In this document: positions 25,861 to 39,450 of the stretch, piece by piece
Numbering within the stretch: the stretch's first letter is position 1
How the letters are laid out: every line of letters starts with the position of its first letter
Assembly: GCA_030390025.1 (NCBI GenBank)
Contig: CM059432.1
Span: forward strand, 44,084,001-44,148,000
Length of the DNA: 64,000 bases
Direction of reading: 5' to 3'
Origin: Squalus acanthias
Lineage: Eukaryota
Program-made: the position numbers and the translations under genes
Notes under the pieces: generated by a model
Databases searched by the model: none
What the model was told of the DNA's origin: nothing
The model's input: only the letters and a program-made list of their open reading frames with translations

Positions 25861-28800
25861 ATGACAAACTCCACTATAGCATCTGTAAGTAAACTGTGTT
25901 ACCCAGGAATGTAAATGTTGTTCCAGCCTGCTGTGAAAGCTGGTTGGTTCCAACTATATAAACAGAAGGCTCTGAAAGGTTAGCAGGTGAATTTCCTTGA
26001 GTTCTTTCCTGATTGACCACTGTAACTTTGACCGAAGATCAAAGTTATGCATCTATCTGGGGTTTCCACCAGTTTTCCACCAAAGTTGTGATGATCGGGA
26101 GAACACCTGAGAAAATTTCCAGTGTAGGTGTTGGAATATGCAAGTGTCATCAGATGATAGTAATGGTATTTGTTGCTAACCAGGACCTTGGAAATTGTCA
26201 TTGTTTCAATAACTTGTACTTATACAGTGCCTTATCATAATAAAAATGACCCAACGTGCTTCACAAAAGAACCCATTGCCAGACACAGAGCTATTTGAAG
26301 GTCTGCTGTTAGAAGTATTTCAGCCAGCCAAGCAATCTTGAATTCCTGTGAAACTTGAACTTAATTAAGCAGTTTGTCATGGCAGGAGAATGTCTTATAG
26401 AGTGTTTTTGGAGAAAGGGTTTGATTAACTGCTCCATGCCCAGGCAGAGAAATATATTGTGCAGCTTTTGGTCTGTCAGTAGTTCCTCCTGTTCTATCCA
26501 TACAGAAGTGAACATGTAAAGGCTCTATGGGGTGGACTCAACTTCATGTAAATTGTATGTTCACAATATTAGAAGGTAATTATAGGTAAGGAGGGCCATT
26601 CATCCCATCTTAATTCATCCATCACACTGGCTGCTCTCTTGCCATAGTTTTGCATTTTTCTCTTCAGATATTTAAGCCTCAATCATTCCCTGTGGCAAAG
26701 CATTCAATGCTCCAACTCTACATAAAAATATTTCTCTTACACTGTCTCCGTGCTCTCTCAATTACTATTTTAAATTGATGACCTCTCATCACTGACTCCT
26801 CAAGCAAAATGAAATTGTCTTTCCCTATTCAGTCTATCAGAACCCTCTGGCTGAGGGTTCTCCCCAAGTGAGAGCATTGAATTCAGAAGAAAGATGGCAA
26901 GGGGAGCTGAGATGGAGATTGAAATCACCAGGGTGAGGAGTTGCTCAGTGCAGAAGCTGAGGGAGGAAACTAGGGAGGATACTATATCTGCTATAAGGTA
27001 ATGCATTAATGGCAGAAAGCTTCCCATGTATACTGAATAGTATCTCGAGACTTCCAATATTCAACCTGAATACGTATATTTAGATTGGAATTCTACTGCA
27101 TATGTCTAAGGTTTGTACGATATTGCTTCGGCTTGCTCTGTATTGCTGTATAGAACAGTCCAGAGTAATTATTAGTTACACCCTGAGTTAGTTAACTTTA
27201 GACCATAGTACAACCTGAGTGAACTAAGCTACTTCCTCTTGCCAGAGTGATCAAAGATTGTTAGACACAGATGTTGTAACTATTTAAATGTAATACAGCT
27301 ACGTCAAAACAGTTAATATTCTTGCAAGATAAAGCATTGATGTTGCAATTAGTTTTCAGCTATCGCTTTGGTTACAACAAGCAATATTTCATTTAACATT
27401 TAATTAGTAGCAGGTATTAAATTACCATTACGGTAGAGGCTATTAAATCAACAAATAATTTAAATCATTGTTAGCACAATGTAATTGTTACATTGCCACA
27501 TCTCAGCTGCAGTTTGGTTATATCCAGGGTATAGCAAGTGATTTGACTATGAGGTTATCATAAGGATTAATACAGTGGGTCTACAGTTGCTCAATTTCAA
27601 TGTTACTTACATTAGATATAAACTGGTCCTTTGGGCCAACTGACATTCTAGCGCCGGCTGTTCCATTTCTTCTGAATGCTCCATTTACCCTAGGGAGCAT
27701 CTGTGATGAGTCTCCTCCTATGCTGCTATCTTTGGGTTGTCGTCTTGTCCCAGCTCAGCCAGTGCTTTCTTCAATACAGTCTGAACCTTGCATTGTGCTC
27801 CGAGGCATTAAATACAATAGTGATACACACTACAAGCTTTACTTTGATCAGTTTAATATAGAATCTCTGTTAACCGTACAACTTCCACTCTTAAACTCTT
27901 CATGCTTGCCTTTCTAGCTTGAAATCGACTCTGCCCAATTGAGTTTGGGCTGTTTTAGCTAGCTCTGGCCCAGCAGTTTTTATCTGACTGGCCTGAATAT
28001 TGAGAGGACGGGTCAACTATTTTGTCCGACTGCCTTGCTGACTTTCGCTGCCAATTCTGCTACTGACTGATTTAGGGAGAAAGAGATGGCTCTTATCAAG
28101 TCTTGCAATGTCACTGGTGTACAATGCCTATGAGAGGCAGCCACCGGAGGAGGCATTTCCAACCTGAAACACTTCATGTCCTCTGACCTCGCAGTGCCTC
28201 CATTCTTAGCTTCTGTCCTCCTTTTCTGCAGATCGACCACAGGCATGGGGAGCGGGAGGAGGAGGAAGAAGAGATACACAAATATCTCCTTGTGAACTGA
28301 TGAGGAAGATGAGTAGAATGATGATGAAGAGGGAGATGAGATGAATTTGGACTCGATCCTATCCATGCGTTCCTGCAGAGACCTCGTGCTCTGTGTTCCT
28401 CAACCTCCTTGAACTCACCTCCTACGTCAGTGAGTTCCCATGGGGTAGGATCTTGATCAGGGGACCCTTGTGTGGCCTATTCCTCCTCATCCTGCTCATC
28501 TCCCTCATCATAGTCTATTACGAAGAAATTTCTCCCCCCCCTCCCCCCGCCCCCCTACCCTACTCCTCATCACCATTATCTTCCTCCAGATCATATTCCA
28601 CTCCCTTCCATTGCTGTGTTGGATCTGCAGGAAGGGGGGCATAAGTTAAGATGTGTGAGCATAACCCTCATGGCTTAAGGACATCGAGAAGGGTGATAAA
28701 CTTCTGGCTGTTTACTACTTTATAGTAATGCCATAGGTATAGGTTTTTAAAAGGTGCACATGAAGTTTCTATCCCCCAGTGCAGGGGGATATCGTTGGCA

Positions 28801-28920
28801 TGCATTTGAGTAATCCCAGTGGACTTTTAAATGAGCTGACCTGCGTACATACTAGTTGAATACTGCTTGATGCACGTGGAGAGAAGATAATAGAGGTTCC
28901 AATGAACAACAGACTAATTT

Positions 28921-31712
28921 ATACATAAAAAATAGGCGCAGGAGTAGGGCATTCGGCCCCTCAAGCCTGCTCCGCCATTCAATAAGATCATGGCTGATCT
29001 TCTACCTCAACTGCACTTTCCTGTTCCATCCCCATATTGCTTGATTCCCTTATCCAAAAATCTATCGATCTCTGTCTTGAATATACTCAACAACAGAGCC
29101 TCCACAGCCCGCTGGGGTAGAGAATTCCAAAGATTCACCACCATCTGAGTGAAGAAATTTCTCCTCATCTCAGTCCTAAATGGCCGACCCCTTATTCTGA
29201 GACTGTGACCCCGTGTTCCAGACTCCCCAGCCAGGGAAAACATCCTCCCTGCATCTACCCTGTCGAGCCCTGTAAGAATTTTGCATGTTTCAATGAGATC
29301 ACCTCTCATTCTTCTAAACTCCAGAGAATATAGCCCCAGTCTACTCAATCTCTCCTCATAGGACAATCCCCCCATCCCAGGAATCAGTCTGGTGAACCTT
29401 GGTTGCACTCCCTCTATGGCAAGTATATCCTTCCTTAGGTAAGGAGACTAAAACTGTACACAATACTCCAGGTGTGGTCTCACCAGGGCCCTATATAATT
29501 GCAGTAAGACGTCTTTACTCTTACACGCAAATCCTCTTGTAATAAAGGCCAACATACCATTTGCTTTCCTAATTGCTTGCTGTACCTGCATGTTAGCTTT
29601 CAGTGATTTGTGTACAAGGGCATCCAGGTCCCTCTGAACACCAACATTTCCCAATCTCTCACCATTTAAAAAAATACTCTGCTTTTCTATTTTCCCTACC
29701 AAAGTGGATAACTTATATTCCATTATATTACATTATATTGCATTTGCCATGTTCTTGCCCACTTACATAGCCTGTCTATATCCCCTTGAAGCCTCTTTGC
29801 ATCCTCCTCACAACTTACATTCCCACCCAGCTTTGTATCATCAGCAAACTTGGATATATTACATTTGGTCCCCTCATCCAAATCATTGAGATAGATTGTG
29901 AATAGCTGAGGCCCAAGCACTGATCCTTGCGGTACCCCACTAGTTACAGCCTGCCAACCCGAAAATGACCCGTTTATTCCTACTCTCTGTTTTCTGTGCG
30001 TTAACCAATCCTCAATCCATGCACCCAATCCCGTGAGCCCTAATTTTGTTTAAAAACCTCTTGTGTGGCACCTTATCAAATGCATTCTGAAAATCCAAAT
30101 ACACCACATCCACTGGTTCCTCCTTATCTATTCTGCCAATTACAACCTCAAAAAACTCTAACAGATTTGTCAAACATGATTTCCCTTTCATAAATCCGTG
30201 TTGACTCTGCCCAATCCTATTATTATTTTCTAAGTGCCCTGTTACCATGTCCTTAATAATAGATTCTAGCATTTTCCCTGCTACTGATGTCAAGCTAACT
30301 GGTCTGTAGTTCCCCGTTTTCTCTCTCCCTCCTTGCTTAAATAGTGGGGTTACATTTGCTGCCTTCCAATCTGCGGGAACCGTTCTAGATCTATAGAATT
30401 TTGGAAAAACTATCTCTATAGCCACCTCTTTCAAAATCCTAGGATGTAGGCCATCAGGTCCAGGGATTTATCGGCTTTCAATCCCATGAATTTCTCCAGT
30501 ACTATTTTTGTTTACTAATACTAATTTCTTTCAGTTCCTCATTCTCGCTAGACCCTTGGTTCTCCACTATTTACGGGAAGATTTTTGCATCGTCTTCCAT
30601 GAAGACAGACACAAAGTATTTGTTTAATTTCTCTGCCATTTCCTTATTCCCCATTATAATTTCTCCTGTCTCAGCCTGTAAGGGACACACATTTACTTTT
30701 GCTAATCTTTTCCTTTTTACATACGTATAGAAGCTTTTACAGTCTGTTGTAATATCTCCAAGTTTACAGACGACACAAAGCTGGGTGGGATTCTGTGCCG
30801 TGAGGAGGATGCCGAGAAACTCCAGTATGATTTGGACAGGTTGGGGGATTGGGCAGAAGCATGGCAGATGCAATATAATGTGGATAAATGCGTGGTTATC
30901 CACTTTGGTGTCAAAAACAGGAAGGCAGATTATTATCTGAATGGCAATAGATTGGGAGAAGGGGAAGTGCAACGAGACCTGGGTGTTCTTGTGCACCAAT
31001 CGCTGAAGGTAAGCATGCAGGTGCAGCAGGCGGTTAAGAAGGCAAATGGTATGTTGGCCTTCGTAGCGAAAGGGTTCGAGTACAGGAACAAGGATGTCTT
31101 GCTGCAGTTGTACAGGGCCTTGGTGAGACCACACCTTGAGTATTGTGTGCAGTTTTGGTCGCCTTATCTGAGGAAGGATGTTCTTGCCATGGAGGGAGTG
31201 CAGCGAAGATTCACAAGGCTGATACCCGGGATGGCAGGGATGGCGTATGAGGAGAGATTGGGTCGATTGGGCTTATACTCACTGGAGTTTAGAAGAATGA
31301 GAGGGGATCTCATTGAAACTTATAAAATTCTAACAGGACTAGACAGACTAGATGCAGGAAGGATGTTCCCGATGGTCGGGGAGTCCAGAACCTGGGGTCA
31401 CAGTCTAAGGATAAGGGCTAAGCCATTTAGGACTGAGATGAGGAGGAATTTCTTCACCCAGAGAGTGGTGAACCTGTGGAATTCTCTACCACAGAAGGCA
31501 GTTGAGGCCAATTCATTAAATATATTCAAGAAGGAGTTAGATATATTTCTTAAAACTAAAGGGATCAAGGGATATGGAGAGAAGGCAGGGACAGGGTACT
31601 GAATTTGGATGATCAGCCATGATCTCATTGAATGGCGGAGCAGGCTCGAGGGGTTGAATGGCCTACTCCTGCTCCTATCTTCTATGTTTATATGTTTTTA
31701 TGTCTCTCGCTA
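28921..31712 (-). mobile_element. CR1 LINE (5'-truncated) hosting a nested antisense CR1
   Basis: ORFs 30012, 29723, 29448 and 29007. Host sequence resumes at 31693 (TGTTTTTATGTCTCTCGCTAG). Confidence 0.9.
30749..31692 (+). mobile_element. Young nested CR1 3' portion with an uninterrupted RT C-terminal ORF
   Basis: ORF 30832..31602; flanked by a TGTT duplication (30745-30748 / 31693-31696). Confidence 0.92.
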
Positions 31713-32161
31713 GTCTGTTATAAGCAATTGTCTGTTATGTCTTGAGTGAGTTAAGTGGCACCTCCAATTGTCCAGATCAGTATAAATGCAGGTATAGATT
31801 TAGTTCTACGCTAGCATTCCCAGATCAACTGTGCTGTGCCAGCATATTGCAGTTGGTACTGCAGCTGATTCTATTCCTGATCCTAATACAAAATTGTGAT
31901 TTTAAGTAAAAGTCTGAATCTTAAGCCAAAAAAGTGTTTAATAATAACAGTTTTAGCAGCCATTTTGATTTATTATTGAACTACATTGCTTTATTTGTGA
32001 TTTGATCCAAAGTAACCATCGTCGCATAAATTGGGGTCCGATATAAGTGGAACTAACTTGTTTACTATAATACCCGTAACACGTGATGAATATTTTCAGA
32101 GCTGTTTATATTAAAGATCAGTGCAAAATATCTAATCTAATGTAGCACTTGTTTCCCACAG

Positions 32162-32285
32162 TAGACGCATAATTAATTTGGGTCCAGTGATGCTGATCCC
32201 TGAAGAACAACCTGCTCAGCCTGCCCTGCCAGTGCAACCTGAAGGTACACGTGTGGTGTGTGGACATTGTGGGAATACCTTTCTG
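32162..32285 (+). CDS. PIP4P2: PIP4P2 exon 4, 124 nt
   Basis: gtttcccacag acceptor, GTACGT donor. Encodes RRIINLGPVMLIPEEQPAQPALPVQPEGTRVVCGHCGNTFL; phase compatible with exon 3. Confidence 0.96.
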
Positions 32286-32899
32286 GTACGTATGCAGCTA
32301 TTAAGTGAAGAGTTACATAATGGATAACAATGAATAAGGAAGATTTGCCAACTCAAGAATTAATTAGGAAAGACTTAACCATGAATTAAATGATTTTTAT
32401 GCAGAAACTCTCCCCAGCACGTTTACTTGCTTTGATTAGCTCATGTTCACTGCACATTAGCAAGCATTTTTGATCATTTTCAGCATTATGCACCCAGAGT
32501 AGAGTGCTGTTGGTGGGCACAAGTGCTTTAACTTGCAAGTGGTTTCCACGATTGGGAATTTCTATCCATTCAGCTTAACGGACGTTGGACCTGTAATTTT
32601 CTAAACGCACCCTGCAAGATCTGCTCTCTTGCTCAGAGTGTTCGATTATTGAATTAACCCTTTCTTTTGGCATGTGGATCAAATTTCCTTTTCTGCCACT
32701 AAGAGGGTTTTTATGTTGAAGTGATGAAGATAAGTTGAACTTGTTTTCAGTACAGTAAAGAAAATTACAGGTGGAGGGAGGGTTATGATTGGGGTGTAGA
32801 TGATGCAGAAGTTGTTTAACTTGGACTTTGAGCATGAGAGCTGAGGACTCAGTTTTAAAATTAACTAGTGTTGAGTGAGACTGGAGATTAGAAGATTTT

Positions 32900-33720
32900 T
32901 TTCCCTCTGTAGAATGGTGATTGAAGACTTCAGTGAAAAGATGGGTTTTGGGAAGGTTTTAAAGGAAGAGCGGTAGCAAGGTGGAGGGGTTTAGGGAGAA
33001 AGTTCCAGACAGCAGGGCTAAGGTAGCTGACAGCTCTACCAGTAATGGGGTGAAAGAAGCAGGAATGAACAGGAGGTTAGAGTCGAAAGACTGAAGGGTG
33101 TGTGGGGACGGTAAGTCTGGAGGAAGATGCAGCGATAGCATGGAGCCATGGGTATATTTGAAGACAAGGATGAGGTTTTTATATTTAATGCTCTGGTGGA
33201 CAAGGAGCCAATGTAGGTTCATGAGCAGAGCTTAGGGCAGCTGATTTTTGGACAAGTTGGAGTTTATGGAGTATGGGCAGAGGAAGATCAGCATGGAGTG
33301 CATTGGAATAATAGTCTGGAGGTGACAGAAGCATGTACAAGGGTTTCAGCAGCAGAGGGGCTGAGGTAAGGGTGGAGGCAGCCAGTGTTGCAGAGATAGA
33401 AATAAGTGGTTTTGCCGATGGAGAAGATGTTGGTTTGAAGTTCAGGTCAGGGATGAAGAGTGCCTAAGTTTTGCATGGTTTTGTTCAGCCTGAGGGAGAG
33501 GTACAGAAAAGGGAATGAAATTGATGTCAAAGGAGTAGACTTTGATGCCAAACAGGCATTATGACAGCATGGTGGTGGTTGAGGTTGTGCAAAGTGGTGG
33601 GAAGTAGAGCTGGATATCATTGGCATACATTTGGAAACTGACCCAATATCTGCATATGAAATTCCTGATGGGCAGCATATAGATGACGACAAGGAGGGGG
33701 GTGGGGGACAATGATAGATC
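32900..33720 (-). mobile_element. Old L2-type LINE fragment
   Basis: ORF 32959..33222 (LHWLLVHQSIKYKNLILVFK, an LHWLP..RI.FK-like motif). Confidence 0.65.
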
Positions 33721-33724
33721 CTTG

Positions 33725-34996
33725 TTTCTATATTGTTAAGTAGTCCAAAAAGATCCTCAGTTCCAGGTAATGTCTGTGCAAAACTTCATACAGTTACGAT
33801 TGCCTTTTCGAACTCATCCATTGAAGAGATAGCTGGTTCTGTGCCTTGGGAAAGAGCTGATTTTAAAAAAAAGTCCAGTTTCGACAACGTTCTAAATGTC
33901 TCTTTTGGCAGCAGTTTTGTATAAGAGATGGAGAAACATCCGTCAGCCAGTCACCTCTGTTAACCCTATCCTTTTTGCCGACTGCCTTAAATTTGAAATC
34001 ATGCCGCTTCTTAAGGCGATCCAACCATCCATTTGAACATTTGAAGTTTTCAATGCCTAAAGAACAGGCACATTTTTCAGCCTTTGTGTGTAACACATCG
34101 CCCAACACTGAAATGTTACACTCCCTGGCTGTTTTAAACTAGCGATAGACTCCTTCATCAAGATCTTCATGAGTCATAGCACTGATTTATTTTCTCTGAA
34201 CCTGTGTTTCATCTTCGACGATAGCAGACTTGACTTTTCCTCTGTTGGCCCACATAGTTGCAACAGTGCTCTTTGCTAAGTCGAGTTCCTTGAATATTGT
34301 GGCTTGCGATTTTCCTTTATGGCCCAAATCATCGATGATTTGTAGTTTTATTTTCGGAGAAACAAAAGTTCTCTTACTCACTATCATCAAGCACATGCTT
34401 GTTTCCTCGTTGCGTTGCCTCCCCATGCCCCATGCCTCATTTCAGTGTGTATGCAGGTCGTCTTATCGGCCAGCCAATGCATACGTCATATCCTCCAATT
34501 CTGGCCTCTTGCTGATCCCCGATTTTAAATGCTCCACCATTGGCGGCCGTGCCTTCAGCTGCCTAGGCCCTAAGCTCTGGAATTCCTTCCCTAAACCTCT
34601 CTGCCTCTCTACCTCTCGTTCCTCCTTTAAGACGCTCCTTAAAATCTACCTCTTTGATCAAGCTTTTGGTCATTTGCCCTAATATCTCCTTATTTGGCTC
34701 TGAGTCAAATTTTGTTTGATAATGCTCCTGTGAAGCGCCTTGGGACGTTTTACTATATTAAAGGCGCTATATAAATAAAAGTTGTTGTTGTTGTGGTGCG
34801 TGATACGTTGGTTGGTTATCTTTGAATTGGCGTCAGCTTGAATTTCATCGTTGTATTTGGGTCAGTCCGGGTCGATCCTGCTTAAGTGTTCGTTGTAGTA
34901 GAACTGATTTCTATTGAAAGAATCAGGTCTTGCCATTGGGATCATTAGAAGCAGGTGTTCATTATAAGCATGGTTCGTTATAGTGAAGTTAGCCTG
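33725..34996 (-). mobile_element. Tigger/pogo DNA transposon fossil (5' TIR, CENP-B-type HTH domains, start of DDE)
   Basis: Minus strand TA|CAGGCTAACTTCACTATAACGAA terminus at 34996. ORF 34187..34426 (KIKLQIIDDL..KSQATIFKELDLAKSTVATM), ORF 33863..34108 (FKCSNGWLDRLKKRH), then NVVETGLFF (NxDETGLF-like). Confidence 0.8.
34490..34795 (+). mobile_element. L2-type LINE 3' end nested in the Tigger 5' UTR
   Basis: GGRAFSCLGPKLWNSFP...FKTLLKIYLF followed by a (TTG)n tail. Confidence 0.8.
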
Positions 34997-36042
34997 TATC
35001 TGCTATCTTGGACGTGGAACTCGGGATGTAACAATAAAACTTCATTGTGATCTGGACTGAATCTCTGTGTCTTAAGCATGCAAACTCCTTTAATCTCTCC
35101 AAAACCAGGCCAAGTTAACACTAGGCAAGGCATTGTTTGGTTCGGTTTGTAAACTGCATTATTCCATAGTAGACAAAAAACACAGAAGGTGCCACTTGGT
35201 ACAATCAGTTCAACTTCTGTTCATGTACCGTTACCAAAATGAAGAACACAATACTAGCCAACTTGGAGGGATTCTTACTTAATGTAGAAAGTTACATTTA
35301 CTCCACTATCTGTCCTGCTGACAGTGCAGAGATTATTTCTCTTCTGCAGCCTTTTGCCGCTTTTTCCCTTTTACAGCGTTTAAGAACATAAGAAATGTAG
35401 GCCATTTGGCCCCTCGAGCCTGCTCCACCATTCAATAAGATCATGGCTGATCTGGTCTTGGCCTCAACTCCACTTTCCTGCCCGCTCCCCATAACCCTTG
35501 ACTCCCTTATCGTTCAAAAATTTGTCTATCTCTAAAATATATTCAATGACCCAGCCTCCACAGCTCTCTGGGTTAGAGAATTCCAAAGATTCACGACCCT
35601 CTGAGAGAAGAAATTCCTCCTCATCTCTGTTTTAAATGGGCGACCCCTTATTCTGAAATTATGCCCCCCAGTTCTAGATTCTCCCACAAGGGGAAACATC
35701 CTCTCTGCATCTACCCTGTCAAGCCCCTCAGAATCTTATACGTTTCAATAAGATCAGCTCTCATTCTTCTAAACTCCAATGAGTACAAGCCCAACCTGCT
35801 CAACCTTTCTTCATAAGACAACCCCTTTTATCTCAGGAATTAACCTAGTGAACCTTCTCTGAACTGTCTCCAATGCAAGTATATCCCTCCTTAAATAAGG
35901 AGACCATAACTGTACGCAGTACTTCAGGTATGGTCTCATCAACGCCCTGTACATTTGTAGTAAGACTTCCCTACTTTTATACTCCATCCCCCTTGTAATA
36001 AAGGCCAATATTCCATTTGCCTTCCTAATTACTTGCTGTACC

Positions 36043-36883
36043 AGGCGAGAACATGGCAGATGGAATATAATGTGGATAAATGTGAAGTTATCCACTTTGC
36101 TAGAAAAAACAGAAAGGCAGAGTATTTCCTAAATGGTGAAAGATTGGGGAATACAGATGCTCAAAGGGACCTGGGTGTCCTTGTACATGAGTCACTGAAA
36201 GTGAATGTGCAGGTGCAGCAAGCCATTAGGAAGGCAAATGGTATGCTGGCCTTTATTACAAGAGGATTTGAGTGCAGGAGTAAAGAAGTCTTACTCCAAT
36301 TATATAGGGCCTTGGTGAGACCACACCTGGAGTACTGTGTACAATTTTGGTCTCCTTACCTAAGGAAGGATATACTTGCCATAGAGGGAGTGCAACGAAG
36401 GTTCACGAGATTGATTCCTGGGATGGCGGGACTGTCGTATGAGAAGAAGTTGAGTAAACTAGGCCTGTATTCTCTTGAATTCAGAAGAATGAGAGGGGAT
36501 CTCATTGAAGCATACAAAATTATTACAGGGCTTGACAGGGTGGATGCTGGGAGAATGTTTCCCTTGGCTAGGGAGTCTAGAACCAGGGGCCACAGCCTCA
36601 GGATAAAGGGAAGGCCATTCGGGACTGAGATGAGAAGAAATTTCTTCACACAGAGGGTGGTGAATCTTTGGAATTCTCTACCCCAGAGGGCTGTGGAGGC
36701 TCAGTCATTGGGTATATTCAAAACAGAAGTCGATAGATTTCTGACAAGTAAGGGCATCAAGGGATATGGCGATAGGGCCGGTGAATGGAGTTGAGGCAGA
36801 AGATCAGCCATGATCTCATTGAATGTTGGAGCAGGCGCAAAGGGCCGAATGGCCTACTCCTGCTCCTATTTTTTATGTTCTTA
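36043..36883 (+). mobile_element. Nested CR1 3' portion
   Basis: ORF 36033..36794; TGTACC duplicated at 36037-36042 and 36884-36889. Confidence 0.92.
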
Positions 36884-37367
36884 TGTACCTGCATGCTAAC
36901 TTTTTGTGTTTCATGTACGAAGCCCCCCAGATCCCTCTGTATCGCAGCATTTTGTAGTCTCCCTCCATTTAAATAATAATTTGCTTTTTTATTTTTCCTA
37001 CCAAAGTGGATAAGCTCACAACTTCCCACATTATACTCCATCTGCCAAATTTTTGCCCACTCACTTAACCTATCTATATCCCTTTGCCGATTCTTTGTGT
37101 CCTATTCGCAACTTGCTTTCCCACCTATCTTTGTATCATCAGCAAATTTGGCTTCATTACACTCGGTCCTTCATCCAAGTTATTAATATAGATTGTAAAC
37201 AACTGAGGCCCCAGCACTGATCCCTGCGGCACCCCACTAGTTACAGTTTGCCAACCTGAAAATGACCCATTTATCCCGACACTCTGTTTCCTGTTAGCCA
37301 ATCCTCTATCCATGCTAATATATTACCCCCATGAGCTCTTATCTTGTGCAGTAGCCTTTTATGTAGC

Positions 37368-39450
37368 CAAATCTAGTGGGAGGATAGAGGATTGGGAAAA
37401 CTTTAAAAGACAGCAAAAAATAACAAAATGATTGATTAAGAAAGGGAAGATAGATTATGAAAGTAAATTAGCAAAAAATATAAAAACAGATAGTAAGAGT
37501 TTTTATAGTTATATAAAAAGAAAAAGGGTGGCTAAAGTAAATGTTGGTCCCTTAGAGGATGAGACCGGGAAATTAATGGTGGGAAATATGGAGATGGCAA
37601 ATATACTGAATGAATATTTTGTATCAGTCTTTACAGTAGAGGACACTAAGAATATCCCAACACTGGACAAACAGGGGGCTATAGGTGGGGAGGAGCTAAA
37701 CACGATCAAAATCACTAAGGAAGTGGTACTCGGTAAAATAATGGGACGCAAGGCGGATAAATCACCTGGACCTGATGGCTTACATCCTAGGGTCTTGAGG
37801 AAAGTGGCGGTAGGGATTGTGGATGCATTGGTAATTTTCCAAAACTCCCTGGACTCAGCAAAGATCCCGGCAGACTGGAAAACTGCTAATGTAACACCCT
37901 TATTTAAAAAGGGCAGTAGACAGAAGGCTGGAAACTATAGCCTAACATCTGTGGTAGGTAAAATTTTGGAGTCCATTATTAAGGAGACAGTAACAGGACA
38001 TTTGGATAATCATAATTTAATAGGACAAAGTCAGCATGGTTTTATGAAGGGGAAGTCATGTTTGACAAATTTGCTGGAGTTCTTTGAGGAAGTAACATAC
38101 AGGGTGGATAAAGGGGAACCAGTGGATGTGGTGTATTTAGACTTCCAAAAGGCATTTGACAAGGTGCCACACAAGATTATTGCTTAAGATAAAAAATCAC
38201 GGGATTGGGGGTAATATTCTGGCATGGATAGAGGATTGGCTATCTAACAGAAGGCAGAGAGTTGGGATAAATGGTTCAGACTGGCAATCAGTAACTAGTG
38301 GTGTTCCGCAGGGGTCAGTGCTGGGTCCCCAACTCTTTACAATCTATATTAACGATTTGGAGGAGGGGACCGAGTGTAACATATCAAAGTTTGCAGATGA
38401 TACTAAGATGGGAGGGAAAGTAGTGAGTGAGGAGGACATAAAAAATCTGCAAGGGGACATAGACAGGCTAAGTAAGTGGGCAGAGATTTGGCAGATGGAA
38501 TACAATACTGCAAAGTGTGAGGTTCTGCACTTTGGCAGGAAAAATAGTAGAGCAAGTTATTATCTTAATGGCAAGAAACTGGAAAGTACTGAAGTACAAA
38601 GGGATCTGGGGGTCCTGGTGCACGAAACTCAAAAGGTTAGTATGCAGGTGCAACAAGTGATTAAGAAGGCCAATGGAATGTTGGCTTTCATTGCTAGGGG
38701 GATAGAATATAAAAATAGGGAGGTATTGCTTCAATTGTACAAGGTATTGGTGAGACCGCACCTGGAATACTGCATACAGTTTTGGTGTCCATACTTAAGA
38801 AAAGACATACTTGCTCTCGAGTCAGTACAAAGAAGGTTCACTCGGTTAATCCCGGGGATGAGGGGGTGGTCATATGAGGAGAGGTTGGGTAGATTGGGAC
38901 TCTACTCATTGGAGTTCAGAAGAATGAGAGGCGATCTTATTGAAACATATAAGATTGTGAAGGGGTTGGATCGGGTGGATGCGGGGAGGATGTTCCCGAT
39001 GATGGGTGAAACTAGAACTAGGGGGCAAAGTCTTAGAATAAGGGGCTGCTCTTTCAAAACTGAGATGAGAAGGAACTCCTTCACTCAGAGGGTGGTAGGT
39101 CCATGGAATATGCTGGCCCAGAAAGCTGTAGAAGCTACATCATTACATAAATTTAAAACAGAAATAGACAGTTTCCTAGAAGTAAAGGGAATTAAGGGTT
39201 ATGGGGAGCGGGCAGGAATTTGGACATGAGTCTAGGTTCGGATCGGTCATGCCCCTGTGGGTAGCGCAGCGGGCCCAGGGGCCGTGTAGCCTGATCCTGC
39301 TCCTATTTCATGTGTCCAATTCTGTTAGGTTCAGGAGATGGTTCTGTGATAGTAGATTGGCGGTTAGGATCAGATCAGCCATGATCTTATTGAATGGCGG
39401 AGCAGGCTCGAGGGGCCAATTGGCCTACTCCTGCTCCTATTTCTTATGTT
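37368..39450 (+). mobile_element. Nested CR1 (RT) of a subfamily with a duplicated 3' tail
   Basis: ORFs 37432..38187 and 38156..39229. Host RT resumes at CTTATCAAATGCC (39451). Confidence 0.92.

Noticed and set aside
30571..31134. Recurring MWSHQGPVQLQQDI... ORFs (also 456, 24841, 38468)
   Set aside because: Antisense shadow frames of CR1 RT; they recur because the repeat recurs.
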